Below are positions 17,750-27,322 of a stretch of DNA of 64,000 nucleotides, one piece after another. A program made the translations under genes and the position numbers. Position 1 is the first letter of the stretch. Every line of letters begins with the position of its first letter. Below the pieces are notes generated by a model, which made no database searches, had not been told where the DNA came from, and saw only the letters and a list, made by a program, of their open reading frames with translations. Source of the DNA: an uncultured Chthoniobacteraceae bacterium (GTDB lineage: Bacteria > Verrucomicrobiota > Verrucomicrobiia > Chthoniobacterales > CAKUMP01); NCBI GenBank assembly GCA_965365475.1, contig CBDUBV010000002.1, positions 51 to 64,050 of the forward strand, read 5' to 3'.

Positions 17750-18343
17750 ATGAGATTTAAAACGATTCTTTTTTTCGGCGCTCCCGGCAGCGGCAAAGGC
17801 ACCCAGGGCATAACACTCGGCAACATCCCCGGTTTTTATCACTGCGCTTGCGGCGATGTATTCCGTTCCCTGGATTTGCGCACCCCGCTCGGGCAGGCAT
17901 TTCTCGACTACAGCAGCCGTGGGCAACTTGTACCGGATGAGATCACAGTGAAACTTTGGCGCGTGCGGATTCAAAGTAATGTGGAGACCCGCGAGTTCCG
18001 GCCCGATCTCGATCATCTCGTCCTGGATGGCATCCCGCGCAATGTGCACCAGGCCAAACTTATGGAGGAAATGATCGATGTGAAATGCGTGTTCCACCTT
18101 TCCTGCCCAAACCGCGAGGAGCTTGTCTCGCGCCTGAAACGCCGCGCACTGCGGGACAATCGCCTGGACGATGCGAATGAAGAAGTAATCCGGCGCCGCC
18201 TGGACACCTATGAGAATGAATCGCGGCCAGTGCTCGATTACTACGGGCCGGATAGAGTCCATGTGGTGGACGCGATGCGGGACCCGGTGGTGGTGCTGCA
18301 CGAGATCACAGGATTGATCGTGCATCACGCTTTGCAAAATTGA
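17750..18343 (+). CDS. adk: adenylate kinase (short-lid type)
   Basis: FFGAPGSGKGTQG P-loop, LDGIPRN, RLDD motifs. Confidence 0.9.
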   Translation: MRFKTILFFGAPGSGKGTQGITLGNIPGFYHCACGDVFRSLDLRTPLGQAFLDYSSRGQLVPDEITVKLWRVRIQSNVETREFRPDLDHLVLDGIPRNVHQAKLMEEMIDVKCVFHLSCPNREELVSRLKRRALRDNRLDDANEEVIRRRLDTYENESRPVLDYYGPDRVHVVDAMRDPVVVLHEITGLIVHHALQN

Positions 18344-18346
18344 ACA

Positions 18347-19300
18347 ATGCGTATCGGTGTAGTTGCGACGGGCGATATAGCACTTCCGGTTCTAACGACA
18401 CTTTTGGAATCGCAGGAGCACCATGTGCTCGCGTTGATCACGCAGCCAGATCGACCCGCAGGGCGAACTCAACAACTGCGGGCACCTGCTGTTAAAGCAC
18501 TTGCCCAACGCCATTTTGTCCCGATCTTTCAACCAGACCGCATCCGCGATCAAGCGGCAGTGGATCAAATCCGCTATCTCCGCCCGGACGTGTTGGTGGT
18601 GATGGCCTACGGGCAGATTCTTCCGCGTTCGATCCTGCGTCTGCCTGCGGTGGCCTGCTTGAATCTGCACGCATCGCTTCTGCCGCGGCATCGCGGAGCT
18701 GCTCCGATCCAGGCCGCGATCGAGGCCGGTGATCGGAAGACGGGCATTACGGTCATGTATATGGCAGAGGGTCTGGATACGGGCGATGTGTTGCTACAAA
18801 AAGAAATCACTATTCGCCGTCGAGAGACTGGGGGAAGTCTGCATGATCGACTGGCCGCGCTTGCGCCTGCCGCATTGCTCGAGGCATTGCGGGATTTGAA
18901 AAACGGAGTTGCCCCTCGCGCAGCACAGAATGAAACGGAGGCGACATATGCGGCGAAACTCACACGAGAGAGCGGGCGCATCGATTGGCATGCGGACAGC
19001 GGCCAGATAGAGCGTAAAGTTCGTGCGATGAATCCGTGGCCGGGTGCTTTCACGACCATGCCTGAGGCGAGGGGTATGAAGAAATTGAAGATTTTTTCGA
19101 CTATAAAGAGCAGCCGTAGCGGGGCTCCTGGCGAGGTGCTTGCGGCGGACCGCCATGGTGTGCTCGTGGCTTGTGGTTGCGGCGCACTGCTCCTGCGTGA
19201 GGTGCAGCTCGAAGGGCGCACCCGCTTGAGCCCAAGGGAATTCCATGCCGGACATCCCATTGCAACGGGGACGGTGATGGGTGGGGCGTCCGGAATATAA
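18347..19300 (+). CDS. fmt: methionyl-tRNA formyltransferase
   Basis: ITQPDRPAGR and NLHASLLPRHRGAAPIQAAI motifs. Confidence 0.92.
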   Translation: MRIGVVATGDIALPVLTTLLESQEHHVLALITQPDRPAGRTQQLRAPAVKALAQRHFVPIFQPDRIRDQAAVDQIRYLRPDVLVVMAYGQILPRSILRLPAVACLNLHASLLPRHRGAAPIQAAIEAGDRKTGITVMYMAEGLDTGDVLLQKEITIRRRETGGSLHDRLAALAPAALLEALRDLKNGVAPRAAQNETEATYAAKLTRESGRIDWHADSGQIERKVRAMNPWPGAFTTMPEARGMKKLKIFSTIKSSRSGAPGEVLAADRHGVLVACGCGALLLREVQLEGRTRLSPREFHAGHPIATGTVMGGASGI

Positions 19301-19372
19301 AAATCTGCCCCAGATCATATGGAGCCCACCTTTTAACTCGACTATTTACCGCGCTTAATCACTTTTTAACAA

Positions 19373-20575
19373 ATGCTCATCCGACCCAAAATTCGCGGCT
19401 TCATTTGCACCACAGCTCATCCCGAAGGATGTCTCGCTCACGTTCGTGAGCAGATTGAATACATCAAGAGCCAGCCACCCTTGCAACATGGCCCCAGGAA
19501 CGTTCTCGTGATCGGTGCATCCACTGGCTACGGACTCGCCTCGCGCATCGCCGCAGCATTTGGAAGCGGTGCCGCCACCGTCGGATTATTTTTTGAAAAA
19601 CCGCCTGCAGAAGGCAAGCCGGCGTCGGCAGGTTGGTACAACTCAGTCGCCTTTGAGCAGGAAGCCAAGGCAGCGGGCCTGTATGCAAGAAGCATCAATG
19701 GCGATGCTTTTTCCGACGAGATCAAACAACAAACGATCGACCTTATCCGTCAGGACATGGGCACGGTGGACCTCGTGGTTTACAGCCTCGCGTCGCCGCG
19801 CCGGGCTAATCCGCGCACAGGCGAAGTGGCCCGCTCGTGCTTAAAACCCATCGGCGAGTCTTACACTGCGCAGACGCTCGATACTGATCGCGAGTTGGTC
19901 TCAGAAATCACTATCGCTCCGGCTACTGAACAGGAGGTTGCGGAAACGCAGTCTGTCATGGGCGGCGAGGACTGGCAGTGGTGGATCGAAGCACTTGAGC
20001 AGGCCGGTGTTCTTGCACATGGCGCAAAGACGGTCGCTTATTCCTATATCGGACCCGAGATGACCTTTCCTGTCTATCGCCATGGCACCATCGGCAAAGC
20101 CAAGGAACATCTGGAACAGACCGCCCACGCACTGAATGATCGACTGCAACCCCACGGCGGCGGCGCCTACGTCTCAGTCAATAAAGCACTCGTCACGCAG
20201 GCCAGTTCTGCCATCCCGGTAGTCCCGCTTTACATCGCGCTGCTTTATAAAGTCATGAAAGAGCATGGCACCCACGAAGGCTGCATCGAGCAGATTCAGC
20301 GCCTGTTCGCGGAACGCATGTATGGGCAAGGTGAAGTTCCAGTAGATGAAGCCGGACGAATCCGCGTGGACGATTGGGAGATGCGTCCGGAAATCCAGGA
20401 TGCGGTGTTCGCGCTCTGGCCTCAGGTCACGACGGAAAATCTGCGCGAGATATCCGACTACGCAGGCTATCAGAAGGAATTCCTAAAACTCTTCGGGTTT
20501 GGTCTTCCAAGCGTGGACTACGAGGCAGAGGCTGATCCAGAAATGATGAACGGCAAACCCGCCGTCTTGTCTTAG
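19373..20575 (+). CDS. fabV: enoyl-[acyl-carrier-protein] reductase FabV (trans-2-enoyl-CoA reductase family)
   Basis: [30 protein letters not shown], and YSYIGPE motifs. The 400-aa length is typical. Confidence 0.92.
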   Translation: MLIRPKIRGFICTTAHPEGCLAHVREQIEYIKSQPPLQHGPRNVLVIGASTGYGLASRIAAAFGSGAATVGLFFEKPPAEGKPASAGWYNSVAFEQEAKAAGLYARSINGDAFSDEIKQQTIDLIRQDMGTVDLVVYSLASPRRANPRTGEVARSCLKPIGESYTAQTLDTDRELVSEITIAPATEQEVAETQSVMGGEDWQWWIEALEQAGVLAHGAKTVAYSYIGPEMTFPVYRHGTIGKAKEHLEQTAHALNDRLQPHGGGAYVSVNKALVTQASSAIPVVPLYIALLYKVMKEHGTHEGCIEQIQRLFAERMYGQGEVPVDEAGRIRVDDWEMRPEIQDAVFALWPQVTTENLREISDYAGYQKEFLKLFGFGLPSVDYEAEADPEMMNGKPAVLS

Positions 20576-20698
20576 CGCACCGCCCATCTTCACAGTAGCA
20601 ATTGGCAGGAGCAGCTTGCGGTGCTTTCGCCTATTAGCGATTGCAGACTTCTCCCGCCTCATCTGTCCGGACGTGGGCATTTATCTTCGAGCTTCCCG

Positions 20699-20727
20699 TT
20701 GACGCGCTCAACCTGAGTGGGCATAGT
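20699..20727 (+). promoter_or_regulatory. candidate sigma-70 promoter upstream of typA (TTGACG-17nt-CATAGT)
   Basis: TTGACG at 20699-20704, 17-nt spacer, CATAGT at 20722-20727. The -10 element is weak. Confidence 0.3.
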
Positions 20728-20764
20728 CCCCGCTCTTCTGAAATCAGGCACCCTTTTTTATTCC

Positions 20765-22579
20765 ATGGAACACATCCGAAACATCGCCATCATTGCACAC
20801 GTCGATCATGGCAAAACCACTCTCGTGGACCAGCTACTCAAGCAGGCTGGCACCTTTCGCACCAATCAACATGAGTTCTCCGAAGAGCGCATCATGGACT
20901 CCATGGATCTGGAGAGGGAAAAGGGTATCACCATTCGGGCAAAGAACGCGGCGTTTAAATGGCACGACTACCACGTGAACATCGTGGATACCCCGGGCCA
21001 CGCAGATTTCGGCGGGGAAGTGGAACGCATCATGAAAATGATCGACGGCGTCCTGCTTGTCGTGGATTCGCATGATGGGCCTCAAGCGCAGACTAAGTTT
21101 GTGCTGCGTAAAGCACTCGAGAACGGTGCCAAACCCATCGTGGTCATTAACAAGATCGACCGCGAAAATGCCCGGCCTCACAAAGTGTTGGACCTGGTGT
21201 TTGAGCTATTCTTATCTCTCGGCGCGAACGATCAGCAATTGGATTTCCCCGTGGTCTATGCCTCCGCACGCGATGGCTACGCAAAGATGGAGATCGATCA
21301 AGCAAGCGAAAACATGGAACCGCTCTACGAGGCGATCGTCAAACACATCCCGCCACCACCCAAGAGCGACGCGCATTTTTTTCAGTTCCTAGTTTCCAAT
21401 CTGGATTACTCCGATTATCTCGGCCGCATCGCCTACGGGCGCGTGGTCAGCGGGCGTGTCTCGGTCGGTGACTCCTGCGTGCGCATCGCTCCGGATGGCA
21501 GCCGTGAACGCGCCAACATTACTGCTATTTTTGCGCACTCGGGCCTTAGCAAAGTAGAAGTCAAACACGCCAGCGAAGGCGATATCGTGGGCATCTGTGG
21601 CTACGAAGACATTTTCATCGGGCAGACAATCACCGATAGCGAAGAGCGTATGCCGCTGCCTTTTATCGATATCGACCCACCCACCATCAGCATGAAGATA
21701 TGCATCAACGATGGGCCTCTGGTCGGACGTGAGGGCAAGCTGCTCACAGCTCGTCAGATTCGGGAGCGGCTCATCCGGGAGACACGCACCAATGTTTCCA
21801 TCATGGTGAATGACACCGACGTGGCAGGGCATTTCGAAGTCAACGCTCGTGGCGAGATGCAGATCGCAATCCTCGTCGAGCAAATGCGACGTGAAGGCTT
21901 CGAGCTGCTGGTATCGCGTCCGGAAGTGATCTTTCGACGAGCGGACGACGGCACACTGCTCGAGCCTTTGGAGACTCTTTATGTGGATGTGCCGCCGGAT
22001 AATCTCGGCGACGTGTTGCAAAGCCTTGCGGGGCGCCGGGCGGACATTGTGAATATGGAGCACCATCCTCATTCGGTGACAGTGGAAGCAGTCATTCCCA
22101 CGCGCGGTCTCATTGGATTTGAAACGGACTTGGTGAATGCCACCAAAGGCCATGGTATCATGAGTCATTTGTTCAAAGAATACGGTGCGCATAAGGGAGA
22201 TATTCCCACCCGCAACAACGGCGTGCTGGTGAGCATGGAAGGCGGAACTTCCATGGCGTATTCGCTTTCAACCATTCAGGAGCGGGGTCGTCTATTCATT
22301 GGGCCGCAAGAGGAGATTTATGAAGGCATGATCATTGGAGAAAATGCCCGGCCGGACGATTTGCCGGTCAATCCTTGCAAAGCCAAAAAGCTTACCAACA
22401 TGCGCAGTCAGGGTGATGGCAAAGGAATCCAACTTGCGCCGCCACTGAAGATGAGCCTGGAGCGAGCACTGGAGTACATCGCCAACGACGAATATGTGGA
22501 AGCCACCCCGAAATCCCTGCGGCTACGCAAAAAAATTCTTGATGGCAACGCGCGCAAACGAGCTGGAAAGATGGCTTGA
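20765..22579 (+). CDS. typA: translational GTPase TypA/BipA
   Basis: [39 protein letters not shown] 20765 lies within track ORF 20717..22579. Confidence 0.95.
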   Translation: MEHIRNIAIIAHVDHGKTTLVDQLLKQAGTFRTNQHEFSEERIMDSMDLEREKGITIRAKNAAFKWHDYHVNIVDTPGHADFGGEVERIMKMIDGVLLVVDSHDGPQAQTKFVLRKALENGAKPIVVINKIDRENARPHKVLDLVFELFLSLGANDQQLDFPVVYASARDGYAKMEIDQASENMEPLYEAIVKHIPPPPKSDAHFFQFLVSNLDYSDYLGRIAYGRVVSGRVSVGDSCVRIAPDGSRERANITAIFAHSGLSKVEVKHASEGDIVGICGYEDIFIGQTITDSEERMPLPFIDIDPPTISMKICINDGPLVGREGKLLTARQIRERLIRETRTNVSIMVNDTDVAGHFEVNARGEMQIAILVEQMRREGFELLVSRPEVIFRRADDGTLLEPLETLYVDVPPDNLGDVLQSLAGRRADIVNMEHHPHSVTVEAVIPTRGLIGFETDLVNATKGHGIMSHLFKEYGAHKGDIPTRNNGVLVSMEGGTSMAYSLSTIQERGRLFIGPQEEIYEGMIIGENARPDDLPVNPCKAKKLTNMRSQGDGKGIQLAPPLKMSLERALEYIANDEYVEATPKSLRLRKKILDGNARKRAGKMA

Positions 22580-22644
22580 TTCTCAGACGCCGCCATGCCT
22601 GTGCCAGGGTGATCTGCTGCACCCGCCACTAAAAGCGCGAAGCA

Positions 22645-24081
22645 CTAACCGTGCGGCTGGCTGTCAAGGCGGCTTTGCGCCAGAGCCAAGTCCGCGACAA
22701 GCTCTGAGAACCCTTGCTCCCGTGCCGCGTCATCGGAATTCCTCAGCAGAAAGGAAGGGTGGACGGTGATCATGGTGGAAGCGCAGAATTCTGTTGCAAG
22801 AAAGCGGCCACGCTCGGCCTGAACCGGCATGGTCTGGCCGAATACCGACCGTGCTGCGGTCGATCCCAAACACACCAACACTTGCGGTGCCAACATGCCA
22901 AGTTCAGCTTTCAACCATGGCCGACATGCTTTGATTTCCAGTTCGGCTGGCTTTTTATGCAGACGTCTCTTACCTCGTTGTTCCCATTTAAAATGCTTCA
23001 CCGCATTGGTCAGATAAACGCTGTCCCGAGCGATACCTGCGGACGCAAGTGCGCGTGTAAGCAACTCCCCCGCAGGGCCCACGAAAGGACGTCCAACCAG
23101 GTCTTCCTGATCACCAGGTTGTTCACCTATCAGAACAAGTCGCGCATTGGCGGGTCCTTCACCAAAAACCACGTGCGTTGCTCGTGCATGCAGTGGGCAT
23201 GCCAGGCACTGTCTGCCTGCCTCGCGCAGACCCTGCAAATCTACCGGTGCGAGCCGGGCGATCAGCTCTGAGGCACTGTGTTCGATGCGCACAGGTAGTG
23301 GCTGAGATCTTGCCACCATGGCAGCTACGCGCTCGGGTGCTTCCTGCAAGAGGCGCGAGATATCGCCCGCTTCGGGCAGATTCTTCCAGTATTTCTTCGG
23401 CATCTGTGAGCGCATGGACTCAACCTTCACCCGGGCGGGGTTAAAAATGCTGCCGTAATAACGCCGCCATAAATCCTCGGCTTCGTCGGGAGATGCGGGT
23501 GCATGATTCGCATCCACTCCTGCGGTAAACTCCAATACCTCACCGTTCCAATGCGCACAGGTATCCGGCGTCAAAATTGACCAGCGCAACGCAGCGAGCC
23601 TGTTTCGGAAAAATTTTGCCACCTGCGGCACGACATGGTGTTCCGGTTCGAACCACGCGACCATCACTTCGTTTCCATTCGGGTCGCGCGTTGGGCGAAA
23701 CCTTACGAAAGCCTTCATCTTGTGACTATCGCGCCGCACAGACTTTTCCATGGTAAGGAGACGGTGCACATCCGCGTCCACTGTCACTTTGATCAGATGG
23801 GGTTGCTCATGGATCAATCGCCAGATTACGCGATAAAGTAGTGCCCATCGATGTGGATCACTATGGCATGAAACCGTGCGGGCAAGTTGAAGGAACCGAG
23901 CCGACACACGAGCCGTGGACGGTATCGGGGGCTGTGCTTCAGGCGCGTCCATCATGAATTCAGCCTGCAATTGATTTTTCTCCGTCCATTGCACATCCTC
24001 GGGTGCTGTTCCCGATTGCAATAGATTCCGTGCTGCTGTGCGCCAGGCATCGAATTCGGGCTGAATGCAAACTGTCTTCAC
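22645..24081 (-). CDS. DUF4130 (probable DNA metabolism protein) fused to family-4 uracil-DNA-glycosylase-like domain
   Basis: The C-terminal half has GEGP...LIGEQPGDQEDLVGRPFVGPAG...HPS, the UDG family 4 pattern. I recall the N-terminal half as TIGR03915-type. The ATG overlaps the radical-SAM stop (ATGA). Confidence 0.85.
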   Translation of the reverse strand: MKTVCIQPEFDAWRTAARNLLQSGTAPEDVQWTEKNQLQAEFMMDAPEAQPPIPSTARVSARFLQLARTVSCHSDPHRWALLYRVIWRLIHEQPHLIKVTVDADVHRLLTMEKSVRRDSHKMKAFVRFRPTRDPNGNEVMVAWFEPEHHVVPQVAKFFRNRLAALRWSILTPDTCAHWNGEVLEFTAGVDANHAPASPDEAEDLWRRYYGSIFNPARVKVESMRSQMPKKYWKNLPEAGDISRLLQEAPERVAAMVARSQPLPVRIEHSASELIARLAPVDLQGLREAGRQCLACPLHARATHVVFGEGPANARLVLIGEQPGDQEDLVGRPFVGPAGELLTRALASAGIARDSVYLTNAVKHFKWEQRGKRRLHKKPAELEIKACRPWLKAELGMLAPQVLVCLGSTAARSVFGQTMPVQAERGRFLATEFCASTMITVHPSFLLRNSDDAAREQGFSELVADLALAQSRLDSQPHG

Positions 24082-25280
24082 AGCAACACAAGCTGCTCTG
24101 GCACTGGTGTCGGCGCAGTCACGACCTGCCGCGGGTAATGATCAGCGCATTCTATAAATGGCAGCAGCCGAGCGAGCGGCACGCGGAGTCGTGTCAGATC
24201 AGCGAGTGAGATGCGGTGCCACCGGCGAATCCCAAGAATTCGATCCACTGATTTCACGCCCATGCCAGGGATTCGCAGCAGAGCCTCTCTCGGAGCATGG
24301 TTTATATCTACTGGGAAAAATTCTGGATGCCGAAGACCCCATGCCAGTTTTGGGTCGTGCGCCATGGCAAGCTCGGGGGCGGAATCGGGAAGAATCTCGT
24401 CCACTTCGAATCCATAAAATCGCAACAGCCAATCGGCTTGGTATAAACGATGTTCGCGCACGAGCGGAGGAGCGATCAGCGGCAACTTGGAAGATGCGCT
24501 GGGTATGGGACTGAATGCGGAATAATACACGCGCCGCAAACCGTGCCGACGGTAAAGTGTATCTGCCCGTGACATAATGTCGCGATCGTTTGCCGGCGTG
24601 GCGCCGACGATCATCTGTGTGGATTGCCCGGCGGGGGCAAAAGCAGGTGCCTGACGCGAAGTTTTGTGTGCGTCGCGGGCTTCGGCAATTTTTGTGCGGA
24701 TGCCCTGCATCGCGGATTCTATGCGGGCAAGATTTTTCTCTGGAGCGAGCGCATCGAGATCACGCTGGGAGGCGAGTTCTACATTGATGCTTAGTCGATC
24801 CGCCCATTTACCTGCTTCATCGATCAACTCCTGGGATGCTTCCGGGATGGTTTTGAGATGGATGTACCCGCGGAACTCATGCTCCACGCGCAGAGTCCGG
24901 GCCACTCGGATTACCTGTTCCATGGTGTAGTCCGGATTGCGGATAATGCCAGAGCTAAGGAAGAGGCCCTCGATATAGTTGCGCTTATAAAAATCCAATG
25001 TGAGCTGGACGACTTCATCGGGCGTAAACCGGGCGCGCGGCACATCGCTTGAAACCCGATTGACGCAGTATAGACAATCGTAGATGCAATAGTTGGTGAG
25101 CAGAATTTTCAGTAACGAAACGCAGCGCCCATCGGGAGTATAGCTATGGCAGATACCTGCACCGGTGGTGCTGCCCAGGCCGCCGCTGCGAGAGTCGCGC
25201 CGCATGGTGCTGCTACTTGCGCACGATGCATCGTATTTGGCTGCATCTGCAAGAATCTCGAGCTTTTTGGAAAGTTCCAT
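24078..25280 (-). CDS. putative DNA modification/repair radical SAM protein
   Basis: Radical-SAM cluster motif NYCIYDCLYCVN, an N-terminal YDASC... segment, and a C-terminal helix-hairpin-helix-like INHAPREALLRIPGMGVKSVDRI. It is the conserved partner of the UDG-like gene. Confidence 0.85.
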   Translation of the reverse strand: MELSKKLEILADAAKYDASCASSSTMRRDSRSGGLGSTTGAGICHSYTPDGRCVSLLKILLTNYCIYDCLYCVNRVSSDVPRARFTPDEVVQLTLDFYKRNYIEGLFLSSGIIRNPDYTMEQVIRVARTLRVEHEFRGYIHLKTIPEASQELIDEAGKWADRLSINVELASQRDLDALAPEKNLARIESAMQGIRTKIAEARDAHKTSRQAPAFAPAGQSTQMIVGATPANDRDIMSRADTLYRRHGLRRVYYSAFSPIPSASSKLPLIAPPLVREHRLYQADWLLRFYGFEVDEILPDSAPELAMAHDPKLAWGLRHPEFFPVDINHAPREALLRIPGMGVKSVDRILGIRRWHRISLADLTRLRVPLARLLPFIECADHYPRQVVTAPTPVPEQLVLL

Positions 25281-25345
25281 TTGCCATCATAGCATGCAGC
25301 ATGCGATGCCGCGACGCGGAGATTTGCATGTGATAATCTGTCAGA

Positions 25346-25555
25346 TCAGACTTTTTTTAATGCTGATGGTTTGTGTGCTGCTTTGGCGCCCGTCTTGGAA
25401 CTTTTCACCAGGAATTGCGGCTCATCTTTGCTAGCCTCGACTTTGTGACCTTTGATTTTCATTGGTGAAGTCACTTTTTTTTGTACTTTGCCCTTGGTTT
25501 TGCCCTGGCTGGTTTTCCATTCCACTTTGTCACCGGATTTAAGTTTTGTTCCCAT
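25346..25555 (-). CDS. DUF2945-like small basic protein
   Basis: MGTKLKSGDKVEWKTSQGKTKGKV...EASKDEPQFLVKS is a tudor/SH3-like small protein pattern. ATG 25555 chosen. Confidence 0.6.
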   Translation of the reverse strand: MGTKLKSGDKVEWKTSQGKTKGKVQKKVTSPMKIKGHKVEASKDEPQFLVKSSKTGAKAAHKPSALKKV

Positions 25556-25710
25556 GTTGATTACATCGTTTGGTAACATTCGTGTGGATGGGAAGCGAGA
25601 TATTGCAAGCGTCGGACAGTGAGCACGGCGAAGGTGACGAATATGGAGTGCACGGCGTAAAAGTAATCCCGTTGTGTTGCGTACAGGCCGACGTCATGGT
25701 AGTGGATGTG

Positions 25711-26931
25711 ATGCGTTGTCTCGCTTGCATGCTGATAGCGGTTCTGTCGAATATCGCTCTGACTCCACTAGCGGTTGGACTCATCGTTTTTGATTCGAAG
25801 ACGAGCGTGGACAATAATAAAAACGTGATCGATCCGGGCAACTCCTCCACCTTTCCATCGGGTGCAGCCAGCGGATCGCCCTGGCAGCATGTCGTTCGTT
25901 ATGGCACGAACAATTCGACCGCAGTCTATCTGGGCCATGGTTACATCCTGACCGCTCGGCACGTGACGCAGGAAAACTCCGGATTGATGATCCAGGGAGT
26001 CAACTACACGCGAGACGCGACGTTCGCGCCGCTGCCCATTACCATTCCAGGCAGTCCGAGCGATTCCGTGCTGGATATGCAGTTGCAAAAAATCGTGGGT
26101 GACCCTGCACTGCCCGTTCTGCCCATCGCAGGGCCTTCCGCCGCTGTGCTCAATAAAGCAAGCGTCCTTATAGGTTGTGGAGTGGGAAAGGGAACCGTGA
26201 TTGCTAATGAAGGTTGGAACTGGGGAGCAAACAGCACCAAGGCTTTTCGCTGGGGAACGAATGAGACTGATGGTGCCCGAGAGACGCTCACATATTCTGT
26301 CGGTGTGCCAATGAACTATCTGGGTTTGCGCGTTTATTTTAACTCCAATGCCGGGGCATCCGAAGCGGCCGGCTCTGTGGGTGATTCCGGAAGTGCGTTG
26401 TTCCAGAATTTCTCGGGCACCTGGACGCTGAGCGGACTTACCACGACGGTGTCGGAAAATGGCTCCTCCCGATATGATCGGAATACAATAATTTCCGGCG
26501 ATCAGAGTCCTGATCGCACGATCTTTGTGGATTTGGGTCAATATTCGTGGGTGCTGCGGTATAACCATTGGAAGACGCATTACGGTATCGGAACCAGCAC
26601 GGCGGACGACAACGACAGCGACGGCGACGGCATCCCGCTGCTGCTGGAGTATGCACTGGGACTCGACCCCACGAAGGTGTCTCGCGCAGGTCAACCCGTC
26701 GCGGAGGTGGTGGGATCGAATCTGGTGATTACGTTCAGCCGCCTGGCTTCCGCGACCGACATCAAGCTCGAGGTGGAGACTTCCACCACATTGGATGCTG
26801 GCTCATGGACAGTGGAAACACCTGCCATCTCTGTCGTCCAGGGCGACACGGTTTTTCAGACCGTGAAAGCGACCGTGCCCATGAATGGGGAAGAGCGAAA
26901 GTTTGTGCGGTTTAAAGTGACTAAACTGTAG
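25711..26931 (+). CDS. secreted trypsin-like serine peptidase with TSP3-like Ca-binding repeat and C-terminal beta domain
   Basis: Signal/TM segment MRCLACMLIAVLSNIALTPLAVG. His motif ILTARHV and Ser motif GDSGSALF. DNDSDGDGIPLLLEYALGLDP repeat. ATG 25711 chosen inside the track ORF. Confidence 0.7.
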   Translation: MRCLACMLIAVLSNIALTPLAVGLIVFDSKTSVDNNKNVIDPGNSSTFPSGAASGSPWQHVVRYGTNNSTAVYLGHGYILTARHVTQENSGLMIQGVNYTRDATFAPLPITIPGSPSDSVLDMQLQKIVGDPALPVLPIAGPSAAVLNKASVLIGCGVGKGTVIANEGWNWGANSTKAFRWGTNETDGARETLTYSVGVPMNYLGLRVYFNSNAGASEAAGSVGDSGSALFQNFSGTWTLSGLTTTVSENGSSRYDRNTIISGDQSPDRTIFVDLGQYSWVLRYNHWKTHYGIGTSTADDNDSDGDGIPLLLEYALGLDPTKVSRAGQPVAEVVGSNLVITFSRLASATDIKLEVETSTTLDAGSWTVETPAISVVQGDTVFQTVKATVPMNGEERKFVRFKVTKL

Positions 26932-27322
26932 GCGGGATGCGCCGCACCAATTCCAGTTCGGTGCCAGGCTGGCGTGGATGATAACAAATCTCGTCAAAAG
27001 CTTTCCGCATGAAAAATACGCCCAGCCCACCCGGACGCAGCTCATCCAGACAACGGCCCCGGATGCACTCGGGATCGACCGTGGTGCCATGGTCGCGTAT
27101 GAGGAATCGCACATGGGTCTCACTGCATTCGGCCGAGATTTCGATGGGGCGACCGGGTTCACTCGCATAAGCATGGCGAATCACATTAGTGCATGCTTCA
27201 TCCACGGCCAGCACGAGGAGTTCGCGATCATCATCGGTGAAGGCCGACTCGCGCAAGGCGGTTCGCACAAATAAGCGAATGTCGCAGAGCTGAGCGGGAT
27301 CGCTGCTGAAAACGGCGTTCAT
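26921..27322 (-). CDS. anti-sigma regulatory factor / serine protein kinase (RsbW/SpoIIAB-like HATPase)
   Basis: AVDEACTNVIRHAY (N-box), IRDHG, and GGLGVFFM (G-box). The ATG overlaps the upstream PP2C stop (ATGA). Confidence 0.8.
   Translation of the reverse strand: MNAVFSSDPAQLCDIRLFVRTALRESAFTDDDRELLVLAVDEACTNVIRHAYASEPGRPIEISAECSETHVRFLIRDHGTTVDPECIRGRCLDELRPGGLGVFFMRKAFDEICYHPRQPGTELELVRRIPPTV

Noticed and set aside
17741-18337. 198-aa minus-strand ORF exactly mirroring adk
   Set aside because: Shadow of the adenylate kinase gene, which has a clear P-loop and full-length similarity.
25281-25345. LexA box upstream of the radical-SAM/UDG operon
   Set aside because: I looked for TGTTC-N4-GAACA (recalled Verrucomicrobial LexA motif) and for CTGT-N8-ACAG and found neither. 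Only the GCATGC-based imperfect palindrome is present, and it is reported as a finding with low certainty.
25623-25657. Two copies of GCACGGCG spaced 27 nt apart in the protease leader
   Set aside because: An 8-nt GC-rich repeat occurring twice is easily explained by chance in this composition. It is mentioned only as context.
25768-26694. 308-aa minus-strand ORF antisense to the trypsin-like peptidase gene
   Set aside because: No motifs and an Arg-rich composition. The plus-strand frame carries the catalytic His and Ser motifs and a signal peptide.
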